The translations under genes and the position numbers were made by a program. The notes under the pieces were generated by a model. The model searched no databases. It saw nothing but the letters and a program-made list of their open reading frames with translations, and was not told the origin of the DNA. Positions 36,305 to 49,625 of a stretch of 64,000 nt of DNA are shown piece by piece (the stretch's first letter is position 1; each line of letters starts with the position of its first letter). The DNA comes from Takakia lepidozioides. Its lineage: Eukaryota > Plantae > Bryophyta. The stretch lies in NCBI GenBank assembly GCA_030704615.1, contig CM060732.1:53940001-54004000 (forward strand), given 5' to 3'.

Positions 36305-36670
36305 GGCCGCTTCTTCTCTCACCACAACTGAACCCTTGCAAACACACAATACTCTCTGCCATGGCGATGGCGATCCTCTCAAACCCTCTCCTCCCTTCTT
36401 GCACCTTCGCAAACCTTCCTTTATTTCTCCTGCTTAACCCCTAAAGGACTAACCCCAAATTTTGGGTCCACCCCCAAAAAATTGACCCGTCCCCTCTTCT
36501 CACAAAGTTCACCACATTTCTTCTGTCTTTTCTTGTTGCTTGCTATTCAATTCTTCCACTGTAGTTTTTCTGATCACGAAGGTCACAACCTTCCTTCTAT
36601 TTTTTTTTTTTCTTGTTTCTTGTTTCTTTGGTGGGATCATTTTATTTTGTTCCTGTCACATTTCTTCGTT

Positions 36671-39600
36671 ATGACGAGTCAAGACGTCAAGACCCAGTTT
36701 CTGAGATCAACAAATTAAGTGGGCCACTGAACTATTCCACTTGGAAGTTCAAGATCAAGAACATCCTCCTTCGAGAGGATATTTGAGATATTGTTGCTCA
36801 TCTCACCCCTATCAGGATCATTGATCCAAACAATGTTCAACAGGTTGAGGAACTTCGAAAGCTGAGAGTCAAGGCTCTCACGACTCTAAATCTGTCTGTG
36901 AAAGACCACATCATGCCTTCCATTGCTGCTTTCAATGACCCCAAAGAAAGCTGGAGGTTTCTTGCTGATCTCTACATGGTTCCAAACAACGCCACCAGAT
37001 TAATGCTGAAGGATAAACTCACCACGATCAAGTTGGGAAACTGTACTAATGTGGTTGAGTATCTGCAGAAAATTCAAGAAATACAGTTCGAGCTTGCAGG
37101 TATTGGAGAAGCTATGGATGAGCGAGACTTAGTCAAGAGAGTACTCAACACCCTTCCCGACAGCTTTGGAGGGGTACTGCAGACCTTCAATGGAAACATG
37201 CAACTTCCAACATTTGCCGAGGTCTCCGCAAGACTGATGCAAGAAGAAGGATGATTGGCATTTCGGGCCAAGAACATGAGTAACAGTGAGAGTGCAGAAG
37301 CCCTAATGGTGAGAATGCGAAACCCATCGACGTATCACCATCCAAATTACCAGGGACGGCGTTTCCTCCACACCGAATGTGGTGGTTTCCAATCTCAACA
37401 TAGTGAGGATCATGCACGAGGTGGATTTCGACCTAGAGTCATAGGTCCTTATAATTTTTGTGGAGAGCTTGGCCACCTGATGAGAAGTTGCCTTGAACTC
37501 GCACGCGAAATGGCCAAGAGGGCACGTGAGCGTCGTGACAGTCACCGACCTCCACAAGCCAACGTCATGGAAGAAGGAGGAGCTCCCTTCATTGATAATG
37601 AGAAAACATCATTGGATCTTTTTGAATGTGGCATTAATGCTCTGGAGTTAGAATCTAAATGGTTTCTTGATTCAGGTGCTACCAAGCACGTAGGCAAAGA
37701 AAAAGATGCCTTGGCAGACTTAGAATTCTGCGAGCACCCATCTTATGTTAAATCTGCCGGAGGAGAAAGTCTTGCCATTGAGGGCAAAGGGTCTGTCAAC
37801 ATTTCCACTGCCACAGGCAAAATAAAAGTTGACGAAGTTCTTTATATCCCTGATTGCACAAAGAATCTACTGTCCGTTGGGAGACTGACAGACACAGGCA
37901 TAAGCCTAGTCTTTGATAGCAAGAAGTGTTTGCTCATTCAAAAGCCTTCTTACAACATCATTGGCCAAGGAATCCGAGATCCCAAGAATGGACTTTACAA
38001 GATTAAAGGGACAGATTCTGCCTCCATATCGACACCCTTGGTTTGCTCGATCGAAGGGATGTCTAACCCGTCATGGTTGTGGCACCGAAGACTAGGGCAT
38101 CTCCATCCACAAAGTGTGCACTTTCTTTCCACCCGAGGCTTGGCAACAGGGATTCCTCTAATCCGTTTGCAGGCACCAGTCTGCCAGGGATGCATGGAGG
38201 GCAAGCAACATCGAGAGCGTGCACCCAAGACTGCAACTCACATAGCAACACAGATCTTGGAGCTGGTGCACTCAGACTTATGCGGTCCACATTCCACTTC
38301 ACACGGTGGAGCTCATTTTTTCATCACGTTCATTGATGACTTCAACAGAAAAGGGTGGGTGTACTTCCTAACACACAAATCACAAGCATTTACGTTCTTC
38401 AAGAAGTTCAAGGCACTCGTAGAAAATGCCACTGGAAAGAAAATTCAATGCTTGAGAAGTGATAGAGGAGGGGAGTATCTCTTTGATGAATTTCAATCAT
38501 ATCTTGACCAAGCTGGAATCAAGAGACAACTCACCCAGTCCTACACATCACACCAAAATGGGATTGCTGAACATTGATGGAAAAAGCTCGAGCCATGGTC
38601 TATGAGACCGAGATCCCAAGGCATCTCTAGGCGGAGGCGCTTAGCACGGCCAACCTGCTTACGAACCTCTCACCAACGAGAGCCAATCAGGGCACTACAC
38701 CAGATGAGAGATTCTCTGGCCAAAAACCAGATTTGAGCAAATTGAGGATTTTTGGAAGCGTTGCTTATGTGCACATTGCAGATGAAAAACGGAGGAAGCT
38801 TGACTCGAAATCTTTACGCTGCGTCTTTGTAGGCTACGATGCAGAAACCAAGGGTTTACGATGCTACCATCCATCATCGAGGAAATCCTTATCAACAAGG
38901 ATGTACGCCTGGATGAAGATGTATTCTTTTACTCAAGAAAAAAACCATCAGACCTTCATGATGCTGAGGGTGATCCTCCTCGTGATGAAACCCAGGTTGA
39001 TGCTGCCCAAGACGTGCCACATGAAGTCTCGAGGATCAAACATCGAAGCACACATGCAGTTCTAATTTGGTTGGTGGACTATCAAGTTTTGTATCGCACG
39101 TTACAAGTAAGAATTCTATCTATCGACTTGCTGAATACGATCCACCTGTTGGCTCGAGTTTGCATGACGATCATACAGTTGTGACCTCAACGTCACCGCC
39201 AATTCAGCATCCGAGCCTCCAATGGATCATCCCCCTGTAGACTCCAACCTACCTCTACATGCACCATCATCCTATACAGGTGACCCTGTCCATTCTCCTC
39301 CGTGCATCACATATTCAAGAGCACCATCCACTAGACTTTTAGTTTTCAACGTTGAAATTGAACATGATTTCCTTGATGAGCTAGTCAATTTTTCTGATGC
39401 GGCTTCTAACCCTGGATGGGTTCGTGCTATGGAAGAGGAGATGACTTCCATCTCTCAGAACCAGACCTGGTCCCTCACAGATTTACCTCCAGGGAAACGA
39501 CCTATTCATTCCAAGTGGGTTTACAAAGTGAAAGCTGGTTTTGATGGTCAACCTATCAAACTTAAGGCAAGGCTAGTAGCAAAAGGATATGAACAACAAG

Positions 39601-40947
39601 CAGGTATTGATTATGATGAGACATTTGCCCCGGTTGCAAAATGGAGTACAATTCGCAGCATGGTGGCTCTTGCAGCTAGCAATGATTGGGATGTTCTTCA
39701 TATGTATATCAAGACCACATTCCTCAATGGGGACTTGAAGGAGGATGTGTACATCATCCAACCTCAAGGATGTGAAGTCGCCGGCTGTGAACACAAGGTC
39801 TGTAAACTCCACAAGGCTTTATGGCCTGAAGCAGGCATCCTGCGCATGGTATGAGAAAATTGATACTTTCCTGCATGAACAAGGTATGACAAATTGCCAA
39901 TCTGATCCAAATTTATACTACATATTTGAAGACGGGAAAATCTTGATCATGGTCATTTACGTAGATGATCTCTTCATCACTAGGAATCATTCTTTGAAGA
40001 TCAAGTGGCTACGTGACCAACTATCCAAGAGATTTGCCATATCCCTACTAGGTCACCTCAATTTATACCTAGGAGTGGAGTTTTTGCATCGACCTTACGG
40101 CATCATAATGTCTTACAAAAGGTTCATTTTTAATTGCCTTGATGATTTAGGTCTTGCAGAATGTTATCCTTCACCCGTTCCTCTCTCAGAAGGGACTAAG
40201 CTTTCCCTCGACATGTCTGCACCCCTTGTGGATCCCACTGAATATCGGTGCATGGTATGGAAACTCTTACACATTACCCATATTCGTCCAGATATATCCT
40301 ACGCTGTGGGACTTGTTTCACGCTATATGCAGGCTCCCCAACGTCCCCATTCTGATGCTGCCAAGCACATCTCCCGCTATCTAAAAGGGACTCAGAATCT
40401 GGCCATCTGTTATCGAAGGGGGGAAGCGCCCAATTCTTGTGGCTTTGTCGATACTGACTATGCTGGAGATTTGGATGGTCGCAAATCCACCACCGGGTAC
40501 ATTTTCACCCTTGGAAATGGACCCATATCATGGAGCAGCAAGAAACAAGGATGTGTGGCAAGGTCCTCAACAAAAGCTGAATACATGGCTTTGTCTGAGG
40601 CGGCATGCGAAGCTATTTGGCTATGAAGATCATTCAACGAGATTAAGGTACGAGATGATGCACCCATGCTCATCAATTGTGATAACCAGAGTTCCATCAA
40701 GATGGCCCTCAACTCAATGTTCCACAATCGAACGAAACATATTGACGTTGCCCATCATTTCATTCGAGAGACTCAAAAAGATGGGAAAACTGAGCTTGCA
40801 TACATTCCAACAAAGGAACAGATGGCAGACATCTTGACAAAACCCTTGGGTCGCATTCAGTTTACAAAACTCAGGGAAAAGTTAAGTATGGTGGATTTGT
40901 CAGTGGCACCTAATAGTCCTGGAACGTATCTGAATTCTTTGGGCTGA
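36671..40947 (+). pseudogene. copia gag-pol polyprotein, disrupted
   Basis: NYSTWKFKI gag, WFLDSGATKH protease, WLWHRRLGH, ELVHSDLCGP/LRSDRGGEY integrase, KARLVAKGY/YVDDL RT, DTDYAGD/RTKHID RNase H; several stops and frameshifts. Confidence 0.93.
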
Positions 40948-42347
40948 CAAGCTGCCAATTCAACAGCGTCGAATTCCTTTTATGTCTGGACATTGCATTC
41001 TAGTGGTGTGCCACAGTCACAAAGTCCCTCCGGGATTATACTGACTTGGCACATGCAACCTAAAGGAGTCACGGCAGTTGGACCTTTCAGCCATGGCCAG
41101 ATTTTGATCTTCAACTACTTGATTAGGAAGACCAGGAAGTGGAGACACAGGGGGGTATGTGATTCCTTCAGGATGCAATGATGTCAGGTACAAGGGGGGG
41201 TGTTGACATTTTATGCACATGTTCATTACGTTTTTCATACGTTTTCGTAGGTACCTTGTAGTTAGTTAGGACAGGTAGGTAGATCGATCAAAGGGGGTTG
41301 TTTCTCCCTGCACTCTCAGTGTATATATACTTTACATGAAGCTGCTACAACATCGATTTCAAGACTGCTCTTGTATAGTTACTGTTTGTGTCTACATTTA
41401 TATGCATATATAGTGGACTTTTTGGAAACTGTATCAGGAAACTGACTCAGGGTCTCAATCACACAGTCCAAATTGATACACCCATTGAACAATAGATGGA
41501 CGTCATCGTCCTACAATGTGCCTTGAAGTTGGCGATTTTCGGGATGAAAACATCATATATGGGACGATCTTCCCAAGTTTATGGAAGAAAATCACTTTTC
41601 TCATTGTCGCATTCGCTTCCTGTATATTTCAAAAGAAATCTTTAGAGAAACCCTTATTTCAGAGTGATAAAGATGGAAGCTAGCTGCAAGACACTAACTA
41701 CCTCATGACCAGTTTCTTCTTGCAATTTAATTTAAATTTGTACAAGAAAATTGTCATGTATTAATCATGAATGATGCAACAACAACAAATCGATGATTAT
41801 GATCGTGACTAGTGATCAAAGGCCCAGCTTCAATATTTTGAAAATGACCACTACGAGTAGTTTAGTTTGATGTCAATAGATGAACATTAAAATTTGAAAT
41901 AGAACATAACACTATATTACAATGTTATAAGACCCTTGTCTTTGGTTGGTAAAATTATCTAAGAAGACAACCATTTGTCTATCTTACAATAACCTGCATA
42001 ATTTGAGATTACTTTGTGAAGGTGTCCATCATGTTTAGATATATGCTCAAATCATACTAACTATATCACATTGTAATTGGTATATTATTTGCAAGCTGGA
42101 AAGGAATATCTACCTTCATCAAATTGCATGTAAGTCTGATTTCACATTGGTGAGTGGGAGGTTTTCCCAACATTGGGACAATGTAATTGTGGCAGCTTTG
42201 CATTCCCTTTCAGTTTACACATAATCCACTGTGGTAAATGTGGCACTCATGAAGCTAACTTAAAAATAAACAAACTTTGGATTTGTTTGTGTGTTGTTTG
42301 CACAATCAAAAGGTTCAAAGAAGCTGGACCTATGTGATGATTGATTA

Positions 42348-42896
42348 TTAATGGTTTGGATATACAGGTGGCACGTGTCCCCACCTCTCAATTGTGACCA
42401 TCCTTGCAAGAACGTCGATAGCTATCAATATCACAACATGTGTCAAACCTACACTGTTAACAATCCAAAAATGCGGATAAATTTTCAAAGCAGAAAGAGT
42501 CTTTGCAACTTCAACCTCAATGACAATCGAAGGCCAATCTTGCACCTGATTCCGGTTCCTTGAAACCAAGGCCATGTCAACTTCTTTCTGGCCCATTGCA
42601 GCATTGCTGCATCGAACAACCCCCATGGGACAAAGTGCTCGTAAATCACCACAATGATTCTGTACCTTCTCTCTTAGAAGGTCAGAGATCAAATTGTCAA
42701 CCCACCTGTGAGCCTAGCCCACCATTAGCTTCACAATTAGCAATTTCGTTGTAGAGTCATAAAAGATGCGAACTGATGGTAAGTCGCGACAAGACCTATC
42801 AATCATTACCAATACATCCTCACATACGTTATAAAATGTCAAGTAATTTGTAGCCATTGTTATTGTCTGAGCAGCCAGCCTCTCATAACGCTGCAA
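42348..42896 (-). pseudogene. Uma2/Crinkler-type PD-(D/E)XK restriction-endonuclease-fold protein, fungal-like, with in-frame stop
   Basis: ORFs 42714-42896 and 42348-42692 share a frame split by one TAG: RIFYDSTTKLLIVKLMVG*AH..LCPMG..QKEVD..DWPSIVIEVEVAKTL..FW..VVILIAI. Family assignment is from recalled motifs. Confidence 0.6.
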
Positions 42897-45800
42897 ACAT
42901 ATATTCTTCCACCTCTACACACTAATGAACTGAATTGGCGAATCCACTAGTATCATGTAGGCCTCCAAAATATTGACGTCCCCATCAGCTAAAGCCATTC
43001 TCCCCTGCTCCAAACAAATGTTGTCATCAGAGCCAGAATTAAACAAATCAGAACATACAAAGCCAAATGCAAATTACCACTACATACATGTAAAGCTTCA
43101 CGACACACCTGAGCAATAGCCGATAGGAGTGATGATAGGACCACATCGGCTCTCTTCGCAAGATTGCACGTTGAATTCCCTGCTACGTCCAATTCCCTCC
43201 ACAAGTGTGGACCACCTTCAAGAGGCACACAAATGATGCTGAAAGTGTTCGAAGTGTTTCGAATGTGGAGAGACCAAAACCCAGATTATATTTGGAGAAG
43301 AAAAGAAGAACATGAATAAATTTTATGGCTGCTGATCTTATGAAAAAAAAATTAAGGTGTTCAGTTTTGTACCTCTTTTTGTCAATTCTAAAACTATATA
43401 CTGCTCGCCATGTGGTTATTCAAATGAAAAAATTTATATCATTAACTATTGGTTGGTGAGATGTAGTTATAGAATGAAAGGGTGGGAGTGAGTCATGTCT
43501 ATGCATTCACTATTTGAACAATGACAATGGAGGCATTTCAGCCAGACAAGACTAGATTGACAAATCTATGTAAATATGTACATGCTGAATTTTTATTTTT
43601 ATTTTTTATTTTGTTGATGTTGAAAAGGATTGTAATCAAGTTCAACAATATTCAAGCTCCGAGTATCTTTTTTTAATCTTCACTCAAAAGATTCTTCCTT
43701 TACAATTTTTCACTCTGTTTGTGCAATGATTTTTTCTTAAAGATACAAGCAAGAATATTAATCTAAAAGCTCCTCCATTATAATCCAGCACTAAGAGATT
43801 CCATGCAACAATTATATGTATGAAAATAAAATGGGTTGATGGATTGTACTTCATGTGGATGTTTTTTTCTTCAGAAGCAATAGAAAATAAAAAAAATATG
43901 TGTCTTTTCAGCTGTCCAAGTGTGACACGTTTTGATGCATGATCTTGAATATTTGTCTACCTTCTTGAACCTTTCATTTGGCCCACGATCATCCACCTAT
44001 TTCTTCTATATCAAACCCTCTACAACAATCGTTGTAATTGAGCAGCTCTGTTTAATCTCAGGGAGCCAATCTTTTCTCCCCTTTTCCTTTTTCCTCCTTT
44101 ATCTCTTACAATAGTTTTGTTTTCTCCTTCTCATCCTTCTACCTCTCTTTTTTGGTCCTCATCAATTTCTTTTTTGGTTCTTCACCTCTCCTTTTAGACT
44201 CTTCATTTGGCTGCAAATGAATTTTTATTTGATCAAGAGTTTTTTTAAAAATTATTATTACCTATTTTTATCTTATTCCTAATGACCTTCTCATATCAAT
44301 AGTACGTTCTATGCACGACATCGGTTTGGATTGGACAACTGTAAATGTGTAGATACATAGTATAAACCTTAGATCAAAAAGATAGAAAACATTTGTAAAC
44401 AAATCAATTGTATTAAATCTCATAGGATACTATTTGAAAATGACTTACTTCTCATAAGGTAGAAAACTATTACTTATATCTCTATTTCCATAGAGACATC
44501 GGAACTACTCATGTATATTTAAATTTGAGTACCTTCATCATTTTTGTTCGTCATCTTTTTATCACTCAGTATTATAAGAGATATGTTTTTTCCCACTTGC
44601 ATCTTGCTAAACCAAATGTTTTGTCTCTTTGTCTACTTTAATAAGATCTGAGTCAAAAAATAAAATCTAAGAAAATAGCTTGTCAATGGACCTTTCATCA
44701 TCAAAGATTTGAATGTCTCTACAACATCAAGAACATATCATTTGACTTATTGTCTTTGATTCGCTACAAAGCACCAAGTTCGCGAACATAGTTTTCAATT
44801 TTTATTAGGACTGTTTTAGAATCTGCAAGAGATTCAATGTGAAAAATCATTGGAAAAAAACATAGCAAGTATATCAATGAAAACCAGAAAACCATTAATG
44901 AAGAAAATTTTAACTAGAACATACTTCTATGCTAGCCTCTACACGTGGTCTCACAACTCACCCATTCCAACCCTGGTGGCCTCCCTCCCCATTTGCTGTT
45001 CCAATCCTCTCCCTTTTTTCGACCTTCAGGTTTAGCCCCTACCAAAATTTGGGACCCTTATTGATTTGTTAGTAGTGTAAATTGTTGGTCGTACTGCCAA
45101 ATGATCAATTGTGTGGGTTTGAGAAGCGACGTGAACTTGCGATGGTGGCCACTGTCATTCTGCACTTGCTTTTTTCTTTCAATATTTTATTTTTATTCAT
45201 TTTGTATATTCTGTGTTGTCATACTATTTGTTTTGAGAAAAACAATGACAAGGCCATTATTATTATTACTATAACATTGAATCTGGATGTCAACAAATTT
45301 CTTGTGCATATATCAGCTTATATGTGATACCAAGTAGCTCATATATATATGAGCTGTAGAATACATTGGAAATTTGTCGGTTAACACTCAACATCCAACA
45401 GTAATAATAATAATGGTCTTGTCACGGTCTTTCTCAAATCAGAATAATACGTCTACACAAAAGTTTGCAAACTTGGTTAATTGCTTTAGAGTACATGTGA
45501 CTTCTATGTTGTCTGAATCTTCTTTGCACGTTCCTTCTATTGCAGCTGAATATGATGCATGGCCATTGTGAACTCGGTGCACAATTTATGTGAACTCTAA
45601 TTTGCCTATATTGTGGTTCATATGCTTTCTAATGAAAGCACTAGTGTCATCTTGATTATTTGTAGCCTATGGTGGGCCCTCCTTCTAGTTCTAGAGCTTT
45701 CTAAGTAGGATGAGGTGGTGGCCCCCTTCTAGATTGCTCCACCACCGCCTTGAGACACTATATAAAGAGGGTGAGGGCTACCTTTTAGAGGGTTCCTTTC

Positions 45801-46112
45801 GCCTTCACCTTAACTTTGGTGGGCTATGCAAACAGAGCTCCATTAAAAAAAGTAAATTTGGAACTTGAAGCATCTTCAAATGAATAGAAATATCATTAAG
45901 AGGGGGCAATGCGTGATCTATTTCACATTTCTTGATGGTTGTTTCCACTTTGTCCAACGCTAAAAATGATGTCACGCCCATGCCATCCCCGAAAGGCGCA
46001 AGGTGAGGTAGCTTTCAATTTTAGTACCCACTAGGGTAGCATGTGCCGTTGGCCCAATTGTCCAATGTCATCTAAGCCTAAGTGCAATCCCCTATATCGA
46101 GCCTAAGACAAC

Positions 46113-46282
46113 CAAGTTGTAGCCCAGTGGCAATTGGCACATACCACCTCGGAATTGGTTGTGGGTTCAATCCACCCTTGGTGTCACAAAGGTGTCCACC
46201 TTCCTAGCGGAAGGCACTAGCCCTTTGGGGTGAAGTGACTCCATAAGTTACGCTTCCTTCTGGAGGCGTCTATATATATATG
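46113..46282 (+). mobile_element. tRNA-derived SINE, family 2
   Basis: gtagcccagtgg A box, GGTTCAATCC B box, 3' ccataagttacgcttcc..ggaggcgtctatatata. Confidence 0.72.
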
Positions 46283-46299
46283 ATTTATCGAGCCTAAGT

Positions 46300-46830
46300 G
46301 TGACCTCTAGGGTAGCATGTGCCGTTGGCCCAAGTGTTGAAAGTCATCTTAGTCTAATCATTTTTTTTTCCACAGAGCCTACGACCAGATTTAAACTAGA
46401 GACCTTTCCCTTGATATCTCTCCTGTCGAGGCTCCAACCATTGTCCCAGTAATGCCCACTAAGTCCAAGGTGCAATCCCCTATGTATCCAAATGCATCTC
46501 ATATGTCGAGGCCCATGTGCAATCCCCTATGTATCCAAAGACCTTGTAGTTTGGGAGATCTAGGGTAGCCTGTGTCATTGGCCCGTGTGTGAAAAATTGA
46601 AATCTAAGCCAAGTGCAATCTCCTATGTATCCAAGGGCTTCTCCCATGTAGAGGCCCAAGTGCGACCTCAAGTGTCCAATGTCACATAAGTCTAAGTGCA
46701 ATCTCCTATGTATCCAAGCGCTTCTCGCATGTAGAGGCCCAAGTGCAACCTCAAGTGTCCAATGTCACGTAAGTCCAAGTGCAATACCAAAAGTCCACTT
46801 TGTTATTTTTGCAATCTCCCCTGTCGAGGC
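46300..46830. repeat. irregular tandem repeats (gtgcaatc(c/t)cctatgtatccaa motif)
   Basis: Motif recurs 5-6 times, with a ~78-bp exact-like duplication at 46612-46770. Confidence 0.7.
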
Positions 46831-47250
46831 TTCATATATTGATCTATCCACTTTGCTATTTTTTGCGGATTTCCAGCGACCAAAAGTACTTGAAATTCCA
46901 AATTCCCACGTGAAGGACCAATCATTGCTCCAAGAAAACCCACTTTGCTATTTTCCGGGAATTTCCAGCGACCAAAAGTACTTAAAATTCCACATCTCCC
47001 TCACCGCCGGTCCAAAAATCATGAGACCAAGTCGGTGCACCCTCTTCATGGAGGGCTTTCCAACGGTACCAAGCACCAAGGCTGGGCCCGCGGTTTGGGA
47101 CATCTCAACGTAACGTAACAAAATAAAACAAATGTCTCGATTCATATATTCATACCACCTCGGAAGGGGAAGTGACACCATAAGTTACGCTCCTTTCGGG
47201 AGGCGTCATATATATATATATATTATACCACCTAGGTTGTGGGTTCAAAC

Positions 47251-48120
47251 CAGTGTTGTGCAGGTCCGGATTTTGAAGGCGGTTAGGATCCAGGTTACCC
47301 GGACCCGTGCCATCACAAAAAACCCGGACCTTGACCCGGGTTCATTTTATATAAATGAACCCGGACCCGGACCCGCCTGCTGAGTCTAGAACCCGCTACC
47401 CACGGGCCAATGTAGCGGGTCAGTGTCTGGGTCTTAATTTGAGATGGGGCATGCAGGGTCCACCTTAGATCTGGTAGGTTATGTCATATGTGGAGGGGAC
47501 GAGCAGCGATAGGCCACTGCAGCAGCCAGCCGCACGTTGTGGCACAGTGGTAATGCCCGCATACCACCTCAAAAGCGGTTGTGGGTTCAATCCGCGGAGT
47601 GGTGTCACAAAGTTGTGCCCTTTGGGACCATAATTTACACTTCCCAAAAGGAGACGTCATATATTGTTATTAGGCCAGATCCCACACATCCATGCTATAG
47701 TGATATACCCTTGAGGCATATTACTATTCTTAACATGTTTAAAGAATTGATATTGAAAAATAAAAAATGGAACTCAAACTTCTATTTTAATTCTTATTCA
47801 TGGTATACATATTCATATTCATGATATATTTTGAAGGAATGTCTCTTAAAATAAAATTCATTATTAGGATTTAAAGTTTTTTCCAGCCAAAAATAATTTT
47901 ATCTCTAATTAATCTTGTTTTTCTAATTTATTTAATCAATAAATTAGGACCCAGATCCGAACCCGTGAACCCACTAATATTTCCCAACAACTACCCGGAC
48001 CCTAACCCGAGTCCGTGTTGACAAACCCGGACCCGAAACCGGACCCGGATTTTCCAAATTTCAAAAACCCGGATCCGGACCCGGACTTGGCTCTGAAAAA
48101 AACCCGCACCCGGACCCAGC
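47251..48120. mobile_element. hAT-type MITE (CCGGAC motifs), right TIR missing, with nested SINE
   Basis: Left TIR CAGTGTTG preceded by GTTCAAAC; clustered (A)CCCGGAC repeats at 47265-47400 and 47950-48120. Confidence 0.65.
47535..47668 (+). mobile_element. tRNA-derived SINE, family 2
   Basis: TGGCACAGTGG A box, GGTTCAATCC B box, 3' ccataatttacacttcc..ggagacgtcatata. Confidence 0.72.
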
Positions 48121-48419
48121 TATGTCCCCTTCTCCAATTACCAGTTATTCAGGTCCAAAGACTCCAAGTGGCATAGTCCGGCCTACTTTATGAAAAGGTA
48201 GGGCCAACAAAGCCCAAGGCCAACAAACAATGACATGGCTGTGGAGTAATGGGGATCCGACCTTCGATATGGGCAAAATACATCCAAGGATTGGACCTAG
48301 GCCACTGTTGCCGCCTTGGATATCCCCTCATGCTGCCATGCAATGGTTCATAGTTCATACCCAATCCACCCTTTGAGTGCAACTAACTAGGGTCAATGCA
48401 TGGGCAACCCAGATCCAAT

Positions 48420-48655
48420 ATACATATATATGAAAGGGAAATACCCGGGAGCGACCGCTCACATATCAGACCCCTTCAGACCCCTTAATTATGTAAGTGA
48501 GAGGAGAAAATAACCTCTTTCATAGAGCACAAGGGTGTAGGGACACCGCCCTAGGGAAGGGGGAGAAGATTATTCCACACCTGACAAGTAGCAGGATTTG
48601 AACCCAGAATCACTTGGGTGGTACTCAGTGCTCTATCCAACTGTACCGACTGGTG
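48420..48655 (-). mobile_element. SINE family 1 copy
   Basis: Colinear with the reverse complement of 31869-32093. Confidence 0.82.
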
Positions 48656-48663
48656 GTATATAC

Positions 48664-49402
48664 CAGTGTTGGCCGGGTACCATGTTTTGTTTTGAGCCCT
48701 CTCCCGGTCCCGGTTATGGCATACTCTTGGAAAAAAATGGATGGCCGGGGCAGGGTATACCAATAGGTTTGAAAAACATGTCGGTTACAGGTTCTCAATA
48801 AACACATAGATTTTTTTTTGTCCGGTTCTCAATCTACCGGTTATGCCATCTTAAAAAATGTTGGTTCCATGGTACCGGTTATGGGATTCATCCACTTTTA
48901 TTTATTTTTACTTTTTCTAGCATTTTTGTGTATGTGTGTAAAACTATGCTAAGCCACTAGAGTATTGGTTGTGGGTCCCGGGTTGAAAGTTCAAACGTTC
49001 AACCCTGTCATCTATCTCTATGCCCTTCTAATACACTAAGCTTACAACTTACAACTATTGTCTTAGCCAAATGCCAAATGCCCAACTAATTAATTTCCTA
49101 CTTGGACATTCTCATTAATGTTGTGCACCTAATATCCCCAACATTGTAATTTCATAACTACCATCATTAATCCTTACACTTGTATTATCTAGAACCGCCT
49201 CTACGCCATCCACATTTGCTCCGGATCTTGCTCCGGGTATAACACCCTTATAATCACCATGCCGGTTCTCTAGTCGGTTAGGAAGCTCGATTTTTTTTCG
49301 GGTTCCCTTCCATAGCCGGTTCCTGTGGGGGCTGCACTTTCCGGTTAACCGGCAAATAACCATCGGATATGCATGTCAATATGCCATACCCGGCCAACAT
49401 TG
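48664..49402. mobile_element. hAT-type MITE
   Basis: TIR CAGTGTTGGCCGGGTA / TACCCGGCCAACATTG; 8-bp TSD GTATATAC (48656-48663, 49403-49410). Confidence 0.93.
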
Positions 49403-49625
49403 GTATATACATATAATTGGTAGAGAATAGAGAACAAGGGATGAAGGCCCTGTAATTTTGACCCAAAATTTGGTAGCATTTTGCTTCAAGAACCATGTCT
49501 GCCATAGCAAATTAACCACCACCAGCCCATAGCTGTGAGTGTCACCTTGGTCATTCTGGGTTCAAATCTTGCTACCTTGTCAGATGTGGTATGATCTTCT
49601 CCCTTGAGCCTTGTGTGCCTGGCGA

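Larger units (their letters stand above)
35653..41396 (+). mobile_element. Ty1/copia LTR retrotransposon, structurally complete; LTRs 35653-35849 and 41201-41396
   Basis: TG..CA LTRs of 197 and 196 bp (5 substitutions, 1 indel); TSD TTTAT; PBS TGGTATCAGAGC 35850-35861; PPT aaggggggg; domain order gag-PR-INT-RT-RH. Confidence 0.97.

Noticed and set aside
43230-45650. short ORFs in the AT-rich interval
   Set aside because: No recognisable motifs or splice structure; treated as intergenic.
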